DNA of 64,000 bases, taken from positions 2,112,001-2,176,000 of the forward strand of contig OY970342.1 of the NCBI GenBank assembly GCA_963717505.1. Reading direction: 5' to 3'. This DNA is from Candidatus Eiseniibacteriota bacterium. Its GTDB lineage: Bacteria; Eisenbacteria; RBG-16-71-46. Shown in pieces: positions 43,142 through 53,881 of this stretch (position 1 is its first letter; each line of letters starts with the position of its first letter). The notes under the pieces were generated by a model. It was not told the origin of the DNA. It was given only the letters and a program-made list of their open reading frames with translations, and did no database searches. Both the position numbers and the translations under genes were made by a program.

Positions 43142-43885
43142 ATGCGGCTGCACAACGCCTTGGTCCGCATGACCACCCTCGTGGTCTTCCTCTCCGCCGC
43201 AATGTTCCTGATCGGCTGCGCTTCGAGCCAGCAGAGCGCACCAGCCGGGACCACGATCACCGAGCAGCCCAAAGGTGCTCTGCCACCTCTTTCGGAGTTG
43301 TCTTCGCCCACCACGGTGATCGCGTTCACCTGGTTCGACCAGGATCAGGGCAGCACCGTCTCGAGTGACTGGGAGAAGGCCAGTGGCGCGATGAAGGCCC
43401 TGGAGGGGTTCCGATATTCGGCGGTGTTCACCGCCTTGGACGAGCGGCAGTCGAACGTGATGGCGCTCTCGATCTGGGACGATTCGAGCGCGGCGAATCG
43501 CGGCCTGCTGGCGGCCGAAGCGCAGATCCCGGCCCGCGGTTGGGCGAAGAGCGGAGTGTTCCACCGGATCGCCGCCGACGGCAACATGGGGGATTCGGTG
43601 CTCACCTCGGTGGTCATGGTGATGCCGATCACCTCCGAGGTGGACAGCGCGCGGGCGGTGGCGGATTTCATCGTCGCGAACGGCTTCATGAGGACCCAGC
43701 CGGGCTACCTGGCGTCGTCGATCTTCAAACGCGTGACAGGCGATCCCAGCTACGGCTATCTGATCGCCGGACGATGGACCAGCCGCGAGAACCTGCAGCG
43801 GGTGAGCGGGCTTCCGGAGTTCCAGGACCTGCAGAAGATGCTCGCGCTCGCGGGTCAGCCCACCACATACATCCAGATGCACTGA
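43142..43885 (+). CDS. Lipoprotein with two ABM-like (dimeric alpha-beta barrel) domains
   Basis: AAGGAG RBS and lipobox LIGC. Two repeats: MKALEGFRYSAVF...LSIWDD and MRTQPGYLASSIFK...AGRWTS. Confidence 0.65.
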   Translation: MRLHNALVRMTTLVVFLSAAMFLIGCASSQQSAPAGTTITEQPKGALPPLSELSSPTTVIAFTWFDQDQGSTVSSDWEKASGAMKALEGFRYSAVFTALDERQSNVMALSIWDDSSAANRGLLAAEAQIPARGWAKSGVFHRIAADGNMGDSVLTSVVMVMPITSEVDSARAVADFIVANGFMRTQPGYLASSIFKRVTGDPSYGYLIAGRWTSRENLQRVSGLPEFQDLQKMLALAGQPTTYIQMH

Positions 43886-45505
43886 ATGGCAGGCGTGCTG
43901 GACAAGGAAAGAATCGTCGCGCAACCGGGTTTCAATCGATGGCTGGTGCCGCCGGCAGCGCTGGCGATTCACCTCTCGATCGGCATGGCGTACGGCTTCA
44001 GCGTTTTCTGGCTGCCGTTGTCGCGCGCAATCGGGGTCAGGCAGCCCATTGCGTGCCCCGAGGACATGAGCTTCCTCGCCAAGGTCTTTTCCACCAGTTG
44101 CGACTGGCCGATCTCGATGCTGGGCTGGATGTACACGCTGTTCTTCGTGTTCCTCGGTTCCTCGGCGGCGGTATTCGGTCACTGGCTCGAGACGGCAGGC
44201 CCGCGCAAGGCGGGCGTGGTGGCGGCGATCTGCTGGGGAGGGGGCCTGCTGATCTCGGCCTTCGGTGTCTACTCGCATCAGATCTGGCTGATGTGGCTCG
44301 GCTCCGGAGTCATCGGTGGTATCGGGCTCGGGCTGGGCTACATCTCGCCGGTGTCGACGCTGATCAAATGGTTTCCCGACCGCCGCGGAATGGCGACTGG
44401 AATGGCGATCATGGGTTTCGGCGGGGGCGCCATGATCGGCTCGCCGCTTGCCGACCGGCTGATGAATCTCTATGCGACCGAAGGGTCGGTTGGGGTGTGG
44501 GAGACCTTCGTCACCATGGGGTTGATCTATTTCGCGGCGATGCTGATCGGTGCGTTCGGCTATCGCATTCCTCCCACCGGTTGGAAGCCCGCGAGGTGGA
44601 CGCCGCCGACCGCGAACGCGAACCGAATGATCACCAGCCGCCACGTCCACGTGAACCAGGCGCACAAGACCCCGCAATTCTGGCTGCTCTGGGGTGTGCT
44701 GTGCCTGAACGTCTCGGCCGGAATCGGCGTGATCGGGATGGCCTCACCGATGCTGCAGGAGGTCTTTGGCGGCCGGCTGATCGGAATCGAACGGCAACTT
44801 GCCGAGCTGAACCAAGATCAACGGGTGCAGATCGCGACGATCGCTGCCGCGTTCACCGGCCTGCTGTCGCTGTTCAACATCGCCGGCCGAATCATGTGGG
44901 CATCGTTCTCGGACTACATCGGCCGCAAGGCGACCTACGCTACGTTCTTCATTCTTGGGGTCGCGCTGTACGCCTCGGCGCCGTGGGCCGGGTCGATCGG
45001 CAGTGTGGCGATCTTCGTCGGAATCTTCTGCGTGATCCTGACCATGTATGGCGGCGGCTTCGCCACCATTCCCGCCTACCTTGCGGACATGTTCGGCACG
45101 CAGCACGTCGGCGCGATCCATGGCCGGCTGCTGACCGCCTGGTCGGTGGCCGGCATTCTCGGACCGGTGGTTGTCAACTACATCCGCGAGTATCAACTGG
45201 CGAGCGGCATCCCACCCCACCAGGCGTACAACGTCACGATGTATGTCCTGGCGGCGATGCTGCTCGGCGGGTTGTTGTGCAATCTGCTGATCCGGCCGGT
45301 GGCCGACAGGCACTTCATGTCCGAGTCGGAGTTGGCGGCAGAGCGGGCAATGGCTCATGAAACCGCGCCGGCGGCTGACGGCGCGCATATGAGCTTTTCG
45401 GGACAGAACCGCGCGATGGTGGCGGTCGCGTGGATCGCTGTCGGCATCCCGCTCGCCTGGGGCGTGTGGAGCACCCTTATCAAGGCGTTCGCACTGTTCC
45501 GCTGA
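43886..45505 (+). CDS. OFA (oxalate/formate antiporter-like) family MFS transporter
   Basis: FNRWLVPPAALAIHLSIG, GYISPVSTLIKWFPDRRGMATG, SDYIGRK, YGGGFATIPAYLADMFG and HGRLLTAW. Confidence 0.93.
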   Translation: MAGVLDKERIVAQPGFNRWLVPPAALAIHLSIGMAYGFSVFWLPLSRAIGVRQPIACPEDMSFLAKVFSTSCDWPISMLGWMYTLFFVFLGSSAAVFGHWLETAGPRKAGVVAAICWGGGLLISAFGVYSHQIWLMWLGSGVIGGIGLGLGYISPVSTLIKWFPDRRGMATGMAIMGFGGGAMIGSPLADRLMNLYATEGSVGVWETFVTMGLIYFAAMLIGAFGYRIPPTGWKPARWTPPTANANRMITSRHVHVNQAHKTPQFWLLWGVLCLNVSAGIGVIGMASPMLQEVFGGRLIGIERQLAELNQDQRVQIATIAAAFTGLLSLFNIAGRIMWASFSDYIGRKATYATFFILGVALYASAPWAGSIGSVAIFVGIFCVILTMYGGGFATIPAYLADMFGTQHVGAIHGRLLTAWSVAGILGPVVVNYIREYQLASGIPPHQAYNVTMYVLAAMLLGGLLCNLLIRPVADRHFMSESELAAERAMAHETAPAADGAHMSFSGQNRAMVAVAWIAVGIPLAWGVWSTLIKAFALFR

Positions 45506-45642
45506 GCCCGGGCGGGCGCGGCGCTCGGCCGGAATGGGGCTCGAGGCGCGGCTAGCGTCGATGCGCCATTTGACACCCATTCTCGGCTCGCTCAGCTTTG
45601 GACACTCGCTCCCGAAAGGAGTCCCGCCGCGCCCGGCACGTG

Positions 45643-48291
45643 ATGATCGGTAAGACTTTGTCGCACTATCGGATCGTCGGGGAGATCGCCGCCGGCGGGA
45701 TGGGTGTGGTTTACCGCGCCGAGGACACCAGCCTCGGCCGCGAGGTCGCCCTCAAGCTCCTGCACGGGAATGCCCAGCTCGACCCGGCCGCGCGCGAGCG
45801 GCTGGTGCGCGAAGCGCGCACCGCCTCGCAGCTCAGCCACCCCAACATATGCACGATTCACGAGGTGGGCGAAGCCGATGGCCAGCTGTTCATCGCCATG
45901 GAGCTGGTGGAGGGTCGACCGCTCAATACGCTCCTCGCCTCGGGCGGCCTGCCGATCGAGAGCGTGATCCGCTATGGCGTTCAGATCGCGGACGGCCTGG
46001 CAAGCGCCCACAAGCTGCGCGTGGTGCATCGCGACCTCAAGAGCGCGAACGTGGTGATCACGAGCGACGGACGCGCGAAGATCCTGGATTTCGGGCTCGC
46101 CAAACAGGTCCGCGATGACGGGGCCGGCGGGGCACGCGCCTCGAGCGATCTCACCGGCACAGGCATCGTCGTCGGCACGCCTCAATATTTGGCGCCGGAA
46201 GTGCTGCTCGGCGCCGCCGCGGACGTGCGCGGCGATCTGTGGGCTCTGGGCGTTCTGCTCTACGAGATGGCGACGGGCACGCTCCCGTTCTCAGGACAGA
46301 CCTCCGCGGGGCTCATCTACTCGATCGTGAACGCACCCCCAACACCGCTGCCCGCGCGCGTGCCGGCCGGCCTGCGCGCCGTGGTTACGCATTGCCTCCA
46401 GAAGGAACCTGGACAGCGCTTCCAGTCCGCAGCGGAGGTTCGCGCGGCGCTCGAAGCGCTCGAGCACGAGCTACCCGCGCAAGCGCCAGCTCCGCCGGCC
46501 AAGTCGAGATTCCCGGGCTGGGCCCTGTGGGCGGCCGCGGTCGCCGCGATCCTGGCGCTCGTCGCAGGCGGGGTCTGGCTATTCTGGCGCAAGCCACCCC
46601 CATCCGGACCGCTCCAGCAGCGCCAAATCACGTCGGCGGTTTCGGAGGGCGGCGCAGCGTCGTTTGGAACAATCTCTCCCGACGGCAAGTACTTCGCCCT
46701 CGCCAGCCCCGCCGGGATCCAGGTGCGCGCCATCGACTCCGGAGACTCACGCACGATGCCGCTTCCCGATGGCTTCACGCCTGCGGGGCCCTTTATCGGC
46801 ATCTGCTGGTATCCAGACGGAAGTCACCTGCTGCTGAGCGGCGGGACGATGGAGGGCAAGCCTTCCCTCTGGTCCATCCCTGTAGTCGGCGGCATCACTC
46901 GCAAGATCCGCGCGGATGCAGGCCTCGCCACGATGTCTCCGGACGGCAGCCTGATCGCCTACCTCCGGGAAAGCACCGTGGGCACGGAAGTCTGGATCAT
47001 GAGCGCGACGGGGGAGAGTCCACGGATGCTCGTCCCCGCCGATTCCGGGCGGGTGATTCTCGCCTGGCCGGTCTGGGCTCCCGGAGGGCGCCGCCTGGCC
47101 TACAGCCTGGTGGATGCGATCGGCTCCGACCCAACCCGCATCGAAACCTGCGATCTCGAAGGCCACCGCCGCGTCGCCTTCACCGACGACCCGCGGCAGT
47201 ATCTGCACTCATTCGCGGCGGTGACGTGGCTTCGCGACGGCCGCCTGCTGTTCGGCCTCAGCGATCCACCACCGGGCCAGCGCGACATGAACCTCTGGTC
47301 GCTTCGGGTCGATCCTCGCAGCGGCGCACCGTCCGGCCCGCCGCAGCGCATTAGCCAGTGGGTCCGCCAAGCGCTGGTGATGCCGGCCGCCGCATCGGCG
47401 GATGGAAAGCGCCTCTCGGTCGGCATGCTCGAATACCAGAGCGATTGCTACGTCGCGCGCATCGCGGGCGGTGACTCCGCCCTGCAGGACGTGAGGCGCG
47501 TGACACAGAACGACCGAATGGACCTGGCCCCGACCTGGACCCCCGACGGGAAGGCCCTCCTGTTCTGCTCCGACCGGAATGGAAGCGTCGACATCTTCCG
47601 GCAGTCGCTGCTGGCGCAAGACGCGGAGCCATTGATCACCGACGCAGGCGACCAGATCTCACCCCGCTCGACTCCCGACGGAGCCTGGATCATGTATCGA
47701 GATGGAACCGCCAGTCGACAAGCGGCGACCACGCGGTTGATGCGCGTGCCGACCGGCGGCGGACCGGCCGAGAAGGTGATGGATCTCGAGGAACCCTCGG
47801 TCATCCGTACCAGCTCGGCCGCGGGCTCGCAGTGCGTCATATCCGAGCCCGAGGGACCTGGCATGGTGTTCTCGACGCTCGATCCACTCAAGGGGCGCGG
47901 CCGCCGACTGGCACGCGTCGAACTCCCGGCGATATCGCTCTGGGACCTTTCGCCTGATGGCTCGAGGGTGGCGGTGGTGGACTCGAGAGACTCCATTCCG
48001 CGTATCGAAGTCGTGCCGCTCGCGGGGGGCCCCGGGCGTGAAGTGCGTCTCGACCGGATCTTTCAAGTGTCGAGCATCACCTGGGCCGGGGACGGGCAGT
48101 CCTGGTTCGTCGTCGGCTCGAACCAGGGCTCGGAGTGGACCGTGTTCCGTGTCCGCGGGAACGGACGGACCACGAACGTGCTGCCACGGCAGTTCTGGAT
48201 GTACTCCGCCGCCGTTTCCCCCGATGGCCGCCACATCGTCTACACGAGCAACACCGGCCAGGGCACCACCTGGCTGCTCGAGAACTTCTAG
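45643..48291 (+). CDS. Hanks-type Ser/Thr protein kinase with a TM helix and TolB/PD40-type beta-propellers
   Basis: IAAGGMGVVY, VALK, HRDLKSAN, DFGLA, GTPQYLAPE and DLWALG. TM segment WALWAAAVAAILALVAGGVWLFW. Repeated SPDG/WTPDG motifs. Confidence 0.93.
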   Translation: MIGKTLSHYRIVGEIAAGGMGVVYRAEDTSLGREVALKLLHGNAQLDPAARERLVREARTASQLSHPNICTIHEVGEADGQLFIAMELVEGRPLNTLLASGGLPIESVIRYGVQIADGLASAHKLRVVHRDLKSANVVITSDGRAKILDFGLAKQVRDDGAGGARASSDLTGTGIVVGTPQYLAPEVLLGAAADVRGDLWALGVLLYEMATGTLPFSGQTSAGLIYSIVNAPPTPLPARVPAGLRAVVTHCLQKEPGQRFQSAAEVRAALEALEHELPAQAPAPPAKSRFPGWALWAAAVAAILALVAGGVWLFWRKPPPSGPLQQRQITSAVSEGGAASFGTISPDGKYFALASPAGIQVRAIDSGDSRTMPLPDGFTPAGPFIGICWYPDGSHLLLSGGTMEGKPSLWSIPVVGGITRKIRADAGLATMSPDGSLIAYLRESTVGTEVWIMSATGESPRMLVPADSGRVILAWPVWAPGGRRLAYSLVDAIGSDPTRIETCDLEGHRRVAFTDDPRQYLHSFAAVTWLRDGRLLFGLSDPPPGQRDMNLWSLRVDPRSGAPSGPPQRISQWVRQALVMPAAASADGKRLSVGMLEYQSDCYVARIAGGDSALQDVRRVTQNDRMDLAPTWTPDGKALLFCSDRNGSVDIFRQSLLAQDAEPLITDAGDQISPRSTPDGAWIMYRDGTASRQAATTRLMRVPTGGGPAEKVMDLEEPSVIRTSSAAGSQCVISEPEGPGMVFSTLDPLKGRGRRLARVELPAISLWDLSPDGSRVAVVDSRDSIPRIEVVPLAGGPGREVRLDRIFQVSSITWAGDGQSWFVVGSNQGSEWTVFRVRGNGRTTNVLPRQFWMYSAAVSPDGRHIVYTSNTGQGTTWLLENF

Positions 48292-48404
48292 CGCGGGTTG
48301 GCTGCGCTCCTACTATCGCGTGAAGCAGCGAGCCGCCCACCCCCACGCGACCCCGACGATTCCGCCCGCGAGACCGGTCATCATCGCGCCTTGGACAATC
48401 CGTA

Positions 48405-48433
48405 TTGCAGGTTGCAGCACATGATGTTAGAAA
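48405..48433 (+). promoter_or_regulatory. Possible sigma70-type promoter for tRNA-Ser(CGA)
   Basis: TTGCAG-N17-TAGAAA with TG at the extended -10 position, 7 bp before the tRNA. Confidence 0.4.
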
Positions 48434-48440
48434 CGCCGGC

Positions 48441-48532
48441 GGAGAGGTGCCGGAGCGGTTGAACGGGGCGGTCTCGAAAACCGTTAAGGCTCGTAAGGGC
48501 CTTCGAGGGTTCGAATCCCTCCCTCTCCGCCA
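48441..48532 (+). tRNA. tRNA-Ser(CGA)
   Basis: GGAGAGG acceptor stem, anticodon arm GCGGT-CT-CGA-AA-ACCGT, long variable arm, GGTTCGAATCC T-arm and an encoded CCA. Confidence 0.97.
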
Positions 48533-48594
48533 GGCGGAACCCGCAAGACTCACGTGCCGCGATTCAATCGCCCGGGTCGTGGGCTTGCTCGAGG

Positions 48595-49821
48595 CTAGTC
48601 CAGCAGCGACTCGATCTGCGCCTCGATGATGTGTTCGATCCCGTCGGCCACGCCGACGTTGCGGTAGCGAATCTTCCCCTCGCGATCGATGACGTACGCG
48701 CTCGGGAAGCCCTCGACCAGGTAGGCGTTGGTCACCACCTGCTTCGGGTCGATCACGCTCGGGAACGTGATGCCGTTCTGCTTCACGTACGCGCGCGCGG
48801 TGGCCAGGTGCTGGTCCACGCTCTCGGTGCGTTCCCAGTTGACTCCGAGGAACACGACCTTGCCCTCCTTCTTGTACCGCTTGTGGAGGGCCTCGATCAG
48901 CGGCATCTCGTAGCGGCAGGGACCGCACCACGATCCCCAGAAGTCGAGCACCACGACCTTGCCTTTGTAGTTTTCGAGCGCCATCTCGGTGCCGTCGAGT
49001 CCTTGCAGCTTCCAGGTCGGAGCGGTGCGCTCGTGGCGGCGCGGCTCGAGTGCGACGCGGTCGGACGATGTCTTGCGCGCGGCGGTGATGCGCGCGTCCA
49101 GGCCCTTGAGTGATCCATGGCGTGCGGTGTAAGCAGCACCCAGCTCGCCCGTGCCAATGGTGTCGCCCGGCGGAAACACGCCGAGGGCTCGCACGAAGTG
49201 GTTGATCGCATCGTCCTGGCGGCCCATGCGGGTCTCGGTACGTGCGATCGCGACCAGCACTTCCTGGCTGTCCGGTGAGTAGGGGAGCGACGCGAGCAGC
49301 CAGACGTGCGCGCTGTCGAAGCGCCCGGCCTCGAAGTGCACGACCCCGACACTGCCGTAGGCGAAGCCACGCATGCCCGGCGTGCGTTCGTCGTTCGCAG
49401 GTAGCGACTTCACTCCGGCGCGAGCGAACTGGAGTGCCCGCGGCAGCTCTTCGCCCCGAAGCGCCAGCAGGCGGGCCACCGATCCATAGAACGACGCCGG
49501 CGTGCGCGTGATCAGATAGAGGTAGGGCACGGTGCTGTCGGCGGCATTCGCGATCTCCGCGGTCGAGGCGTCTGTCGCCACCAGCCCCTTGAGCAACATC
49601 TGGCGCAGGAGCCCGGTGTAGCCGGAATCGGTCCCCGCCGCGAGCAGCGAGCGTATCCGGGGGATCGCGAGATTCACCTGGTCGGGATCCTGAAGTTGCT
49701 GGTTCAGGTTCTGGAGCTCGATCGGATTCGGGGTCTGGGCCCGCACGGGTGCGGCCAGGGCCAGGAGCGCGATCGCGATGGCTGCCGGGCAGGGGAGAGG
49801 GCTACGCAGGAAGGGCTTCAT
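48595..49821 (-). CDS. Exported TlpA/ResA-family thiol-disulfide reductase with a TPR-like region
   Basis: Signal peptide, helical TPR-like middle, and KGKVVVLDFWGSWCGPC...FPSAYVIDREGKIRY. Confidence 0.9.
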   Translation of the reverse strand: MKPFLRSPLPCPAAIAIALLALAAPVRAQTPNPIELQNLNQQLQDPDQVNLAIPRIRSLLAAGTDSGYTGLLRQMLLKGLVATDASTAEIANAADSTVPYLYLITRTPASFYGSVARLLALRGEELPRALQFARAGVKSLPANDERTPGMRGFAYGSVGVVHFEAGRFDSAHVWLLASLPYSPDSQEVLVAIARTETRMGRQDDAINHFVRALGVFPPGDTIGTGELGAAYTARHGSLKGLDARITAARKTSSDRVALEPRRHERTAPTWKLQGLDGTEMALENYKGKVVVLDFWGSWCGPCRYEMPLIEALHKRYKKEGKVVFLGVNWERTESVDQHLATARAYVKQNGITFPSVIDPKQVVTNAYLVEGFPSAYVIDREGKIRYRNVGVADGIEHIIEAQIESLLD

Positions 49822-49971
49822 GAGGAGCGGACATTCTACCAGCCCGGAGCCAGGCGAGCAGCCGGAGAGAATTCGTTCCGCCTACAGGCTGAACGGAGCG
49901 TTGGTCGCGAACTAGCCGAGGCTCTACACTAGCCGGCCGTCGCCTTTACCACCCTCGCGAGGCACAAGGCC

Positions 49972-52670
49972 CTGACGACCCCTTCGTCGCACGCTCCCGG
50001 AAAGACACTCGCGCACTACAAGCTCGTCGAGAAGATCGGCGAGGGCGGCATGGGCGTCGTGTGGAAAGCCCACGACACGACACTCGGGCGCGACATCGCG
50101 ATCAAGGTCCTGCCCGACCTGTTCGCATCCGATCCCGAGCGCCTGGCCCGCTTCGAGCGTGAGGCGCGGCTGCTCGCCTCACTCAACCATCCGCGCATCG
50201 CCGCGATCTACGGCTTCCACGCCGAGGGTGGGGTGCGCTTCCTGGCCATGGAGCTGGCCGAAGGCGAGAGCCTGGCCGCGCGCCTGACGCACGGCCCGCT
50301 GCCGGTCGCCGATTCGCTGCGCGATTGCGCGCCAGCTCGCCGAAGCGCTCGAGGCGGCGCACGAGCGCGGCATCATCCACCGCGATCTGAAGCCCGGCAA
50401 CATCATGGTGGCGCCCGATGGCACCGTGAAGGTGCTCGACTTCGGGCTCGCCAAGGCGCTCGAAGGCGATCGCGGCCCGGGCTCGAGCCCCAACCTGTCG
50501 CAGTCGCCGACCATCACGCAGGCGATGACCAGCGCCAACGTGATCCTCGGCACCGCCGCCTACATGAGCCCCGAGCAGGCGCGCGGCCAGGCGGCCGACA
50601 AGCGCGCCGACGTTTGGGCGTTCGGCGTGATCCTGTACGAGATGCTGACCGGACGGCAGCTCTTCCAGGGCGACACCATCTCGGACACGCTGGCCGGAGT
50701 GCTGCGCGGCGATCCCGACTGGAACGGCACTGCCGCGCGACACGCCGGCCCGCGTGCGCCGGCTGATCGAGCGCTGCCTCACGCGCGACGTTCGCATGCG
50801 GCTCCGCGACATCGGCGAGGCGCGCATCCTGCTCGATGCGGTTGCTTCCGGCGGCGCCGAAGAAGCGGTGGCGGCGGCCCCGGCGGCGGCTCCGGCCACT
50901 CCCTATGCCCGATACGCGATGCTCGGGGTCGCTGGCCTCGCGGTCGGCGTCGCCATCGCCCTCGGACTCGGGCGCCTGTCCGCGAAGCCCGAGAGCGTGC
51001 CGCTCCGGCGTTTCGTGGTCGCGAGCCGCGACAGCGGCAACGTCGTTCCGACCGAGCCCGTGATCTCGCCCGACGGACGGACGATCGCGTTCGTGAGGGG
51101 CAACACGCTGTGGGTGCGCCCGCTCGACGCCGTCGAGTCGCGCCCGCTCGCCACCGCCGCGGGTCTCACGCATCCGTTCTGGTCGCCCGACAACAAGCAC
51201 GTCGGCTTCCTCGCCGGCACGCGCATCATGAAGGCGGCACTCGCCGGCGGCGAGCCCCAGCTGGTGAGTGATGCGCGCAAGGCGTTCACCGCCGGCGCCG
51301 GCGCCACCTGGCGCGACGACGACGTGATCCTCTGCTCGCGCGCCGAAGAGGACGGGTTGCTCGAAGTGCCGGCGATCGGCGGCGATCCCCGCACCATGGT
51401 CCCGATCGACACCACCCTCGAGGGCGATTTCCACGAGCCGAGCGCGCTGCCGGGCAACCGAGGCGTGGTTTACGTCGTCCATCGCAAGCCGGGCATCGAT
51501 ACCATCGAATTGTTCTCGCGTGGCAAGCGCAAGGTGCTCTTCCGGCTCGAAGGCCAGACGCTCGCGCGACCGGTCTACTCACCGACCGGACACATTCTGT
51601 TTCGGCGGTCGCCCGCCAACGCCGGCATCTGGGCGCTGCCGTTCTCGCTCGACCGTCTGCAGGTGACGGGAGCCCCGTTCCTGGTGACCTCGAACGCCCT
51701 CTCTCCGTCGGTGGCCGGCGACGGAACTCTGGTGTTCCGCGCCGGGAGCGGATCGTCCACGCGCCAGCTCGCCTGGCTCGATCGCTCGGGCAACACGATC
51801 GCCACGATCGGCGACCCCGAAGAGGGACTCGATGCCATGCTGGGACCGGCGCTGGCCCCCGACGGCGTTCACGTTGCGATCGGGCACTACGGCGAGAGCA
51901 ATACCGAAGCCGACGTCTGGATTTTCGACACCGCGCGCCAGACCAAGACGCGTCTCACATTCGATCCCGGAACTGAGGACGATCCCATCTGGACCCCGGA
52001 CGGGACTCGAATCATCTACACGGCGGCTCCGCCAGGCTGCGCGAGCGTCTCGTGTTTCTCGTTGTTGATCCGGGCTGCGGACGGAACCGGAACGCCGGAC
52101 ACGCTGGCCCAGGGCCTCGGGGCCAATCTGACTCCCGACGGTCGCACGCTGGTGTATACGGCCGAGGGTCAGGGAGTCACCGATGTGGCAGCGCTATCGC
52201 TCGAGCCCGGCGCGACGGGCCCGACGACGGTGCGCGAGGACGAAGTCCAGATCACCGGTAGGATCTCGCCGAACGGCAAGTTCGTGTCCTACATTTCGTT
52301 CGAGTCCGGTCGCGCCGAGGTTTACCTCAAGCGCTTTCCCTCATGGTCGGGCAAGTGGCAGGTCTCGATCGCGGGCGGCGGCTGCCCGCGCTGGAATGGA
52401 GCCGGCGACCGCCTGTACTACGCGCACGACGACGACTTTTACGAAGTCGAAGTCAGCGGCCAGGACTCGCCGGTACTCGGCACGCCGCGCAAGCTCTTCA
52501 GCTTGAGGCCGTCGGCCCGGGGATTCCGGGACCTTCCCGGACACTTCGACGTCTCCCGCGACGGCCAGCGCTTCCTGGTGATTCGCCCGGTCGGCGCCTC
52601 CGGCCAGGGAGCGGACGTGATCGCCGTCCAGAACTGGTTTGGGGAGTTCCGCGACGCCAAGAAGAAGTAG
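49972..52670 (+). CDS. Second Hanks-type Ser/Thr kinase with PD40 beta-propellers; frameshifts near 50325 and 50725; start uncertain (CTG 49972)
   Basis: HYKLVEKIGEGGMGVVW, IAIK, HRDLKPGN, DFGLAK, GTAAYMSPEQ and DVWAFG spread over three ORF pieces, then SPDG/WSPD repeats ending in VQNWF. Confidence 0.87.
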
Positions 52671-52708
52671 GCGCGGCCAGTGCGTGGCAACAGGTTCGTG
52701 ATGTGCTC

Positions 52709-53547
52709 ATGAGTCGGCTAGCTCGACTTTGGCTTGGGACCGCCTTCGTCCTTGGCGGGTGCTCCAATGCGAGCCAACCGCGCTACACGGTCGCGGACAG
52801 CACTGGTGTCATCGTTGGCCGTCTGAATGTGGAGCCCATCCACGGCAGCCCACCATTCTTCGGCACAGCCGTTTATTTGATTCCGGTCGCGCCATCGACG
52901 GAGGAATGGTGGGTGAACCTCTCCAGGCGTAGGTATCCACTCGTCGACCCCAGGACCAGCAAAGCTCTCGGATACTCGGCCCGCACAACCTGCGATGCGG
53001 GGGGGCGGTTCGAATTCAGTTCCGTCTGGCCCGGGGACTATACCTCTATGCCCCGCTCCTATGGACCAACGTTACGAGCGACTCCACGAGCGTGTTCGGG
53101 GGGATGGCCACCGTGGACACGGCGATAGTGGCGGCGCGCGAAACCGTCAAGGTCAGCTTGAGATCCCCCGTGGGATTCTTCAAGGGCACACCACCGGCTC
53201 GCAGGTTTGCCTCGACAGTGCAAAGGGTCTCGCCGCCTGAAGAAGACATCGCCGATCTCCCCAAGTTCGGTGAGTATGTCTATGTCGAGGAGCTGCCCGA
53301 AGCTGTCTACCGGATGCCGCCCAAGTACCCGATTGAAGCCTCCCAGGCCGGCGTCACCGGGACGGTGATCGTGCAAGCCCTCGTCGACAAACAAGGAAGG
53401 GTCAGGGATACAAGGGTCACGAGGTCGATCCCCTTGCTCGACGAAGCCGCAGTTGCGGCAGTCCGCCAATGGGTCTTCAAGCCGGCCCTGGTGGACAACA
53501 AGCCCGTCGCTGTTTGGGTGGCCGCGCCGGTGAGGTTCCCGCGCTAG
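52709..53547 (+). CDS. Lipoprotein with a C-terminal TonB domain; frameshift near 53043
   Basis: MSRLARLWLGTAFVLGGC lipobox, Ig-like CDAGGRFEFSSVWPGDY, and TonB_C PKYPIEA...GTVIVQALVDKQGRV...LDEAAVAAVRQWVFKPA. Confidence 0.75.
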
Positions 53548-53631
53548 GCAAGCTCGACAGTCTTGCCGGCCTGGAGCCGTGACGGCTAGAGTGCTCCGGA
53601 TTGGTTTCCCGAACATGCACGAAGCCGTCGC

Positions 53632-53722
53632 GGAGAGGTGTCCGAGTGGTTGAAGGAGCACGATTGGAAATCGTGTAGGCGCTTATACCGCCTCGAGGGT
53701 TCGAATCCCTCTCTCTCCGCCA
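53632..53722 (+). tRNA. tRNA-Ser(GGA)
   Basis: GGAGAGG acceptor stem, anticodon arm CACGA-TT-GGA-AA-TCGTG, long variable arm, T-arm and CCA. Confidence 0.97.
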
Positions 53723-53881
53723 GTTTTCCGAGTGACCGCGGGTGTTGACCCCCGGTCTTGCGCCGCGATACGATCCTGCCTCAACAGAGCCCTCAAGTGG
53801 CCGAAATGGCCCTAGAATCCCTCCGTCCAATTCGCATCCCGCAGGGACGAGAGGTGCTGAGTCCCCCGGCAGGAGTCAAAC

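Noticed and set aside
48505-53722. attL/attR direct repeats flanking an integrated element
   Set aside because: The shared CGAGGGTTCGAATCCCTC.CTCTCCGCCA is the 3' end of two complete tRNA-Ser isoacceptors, and no integrase lies between them.
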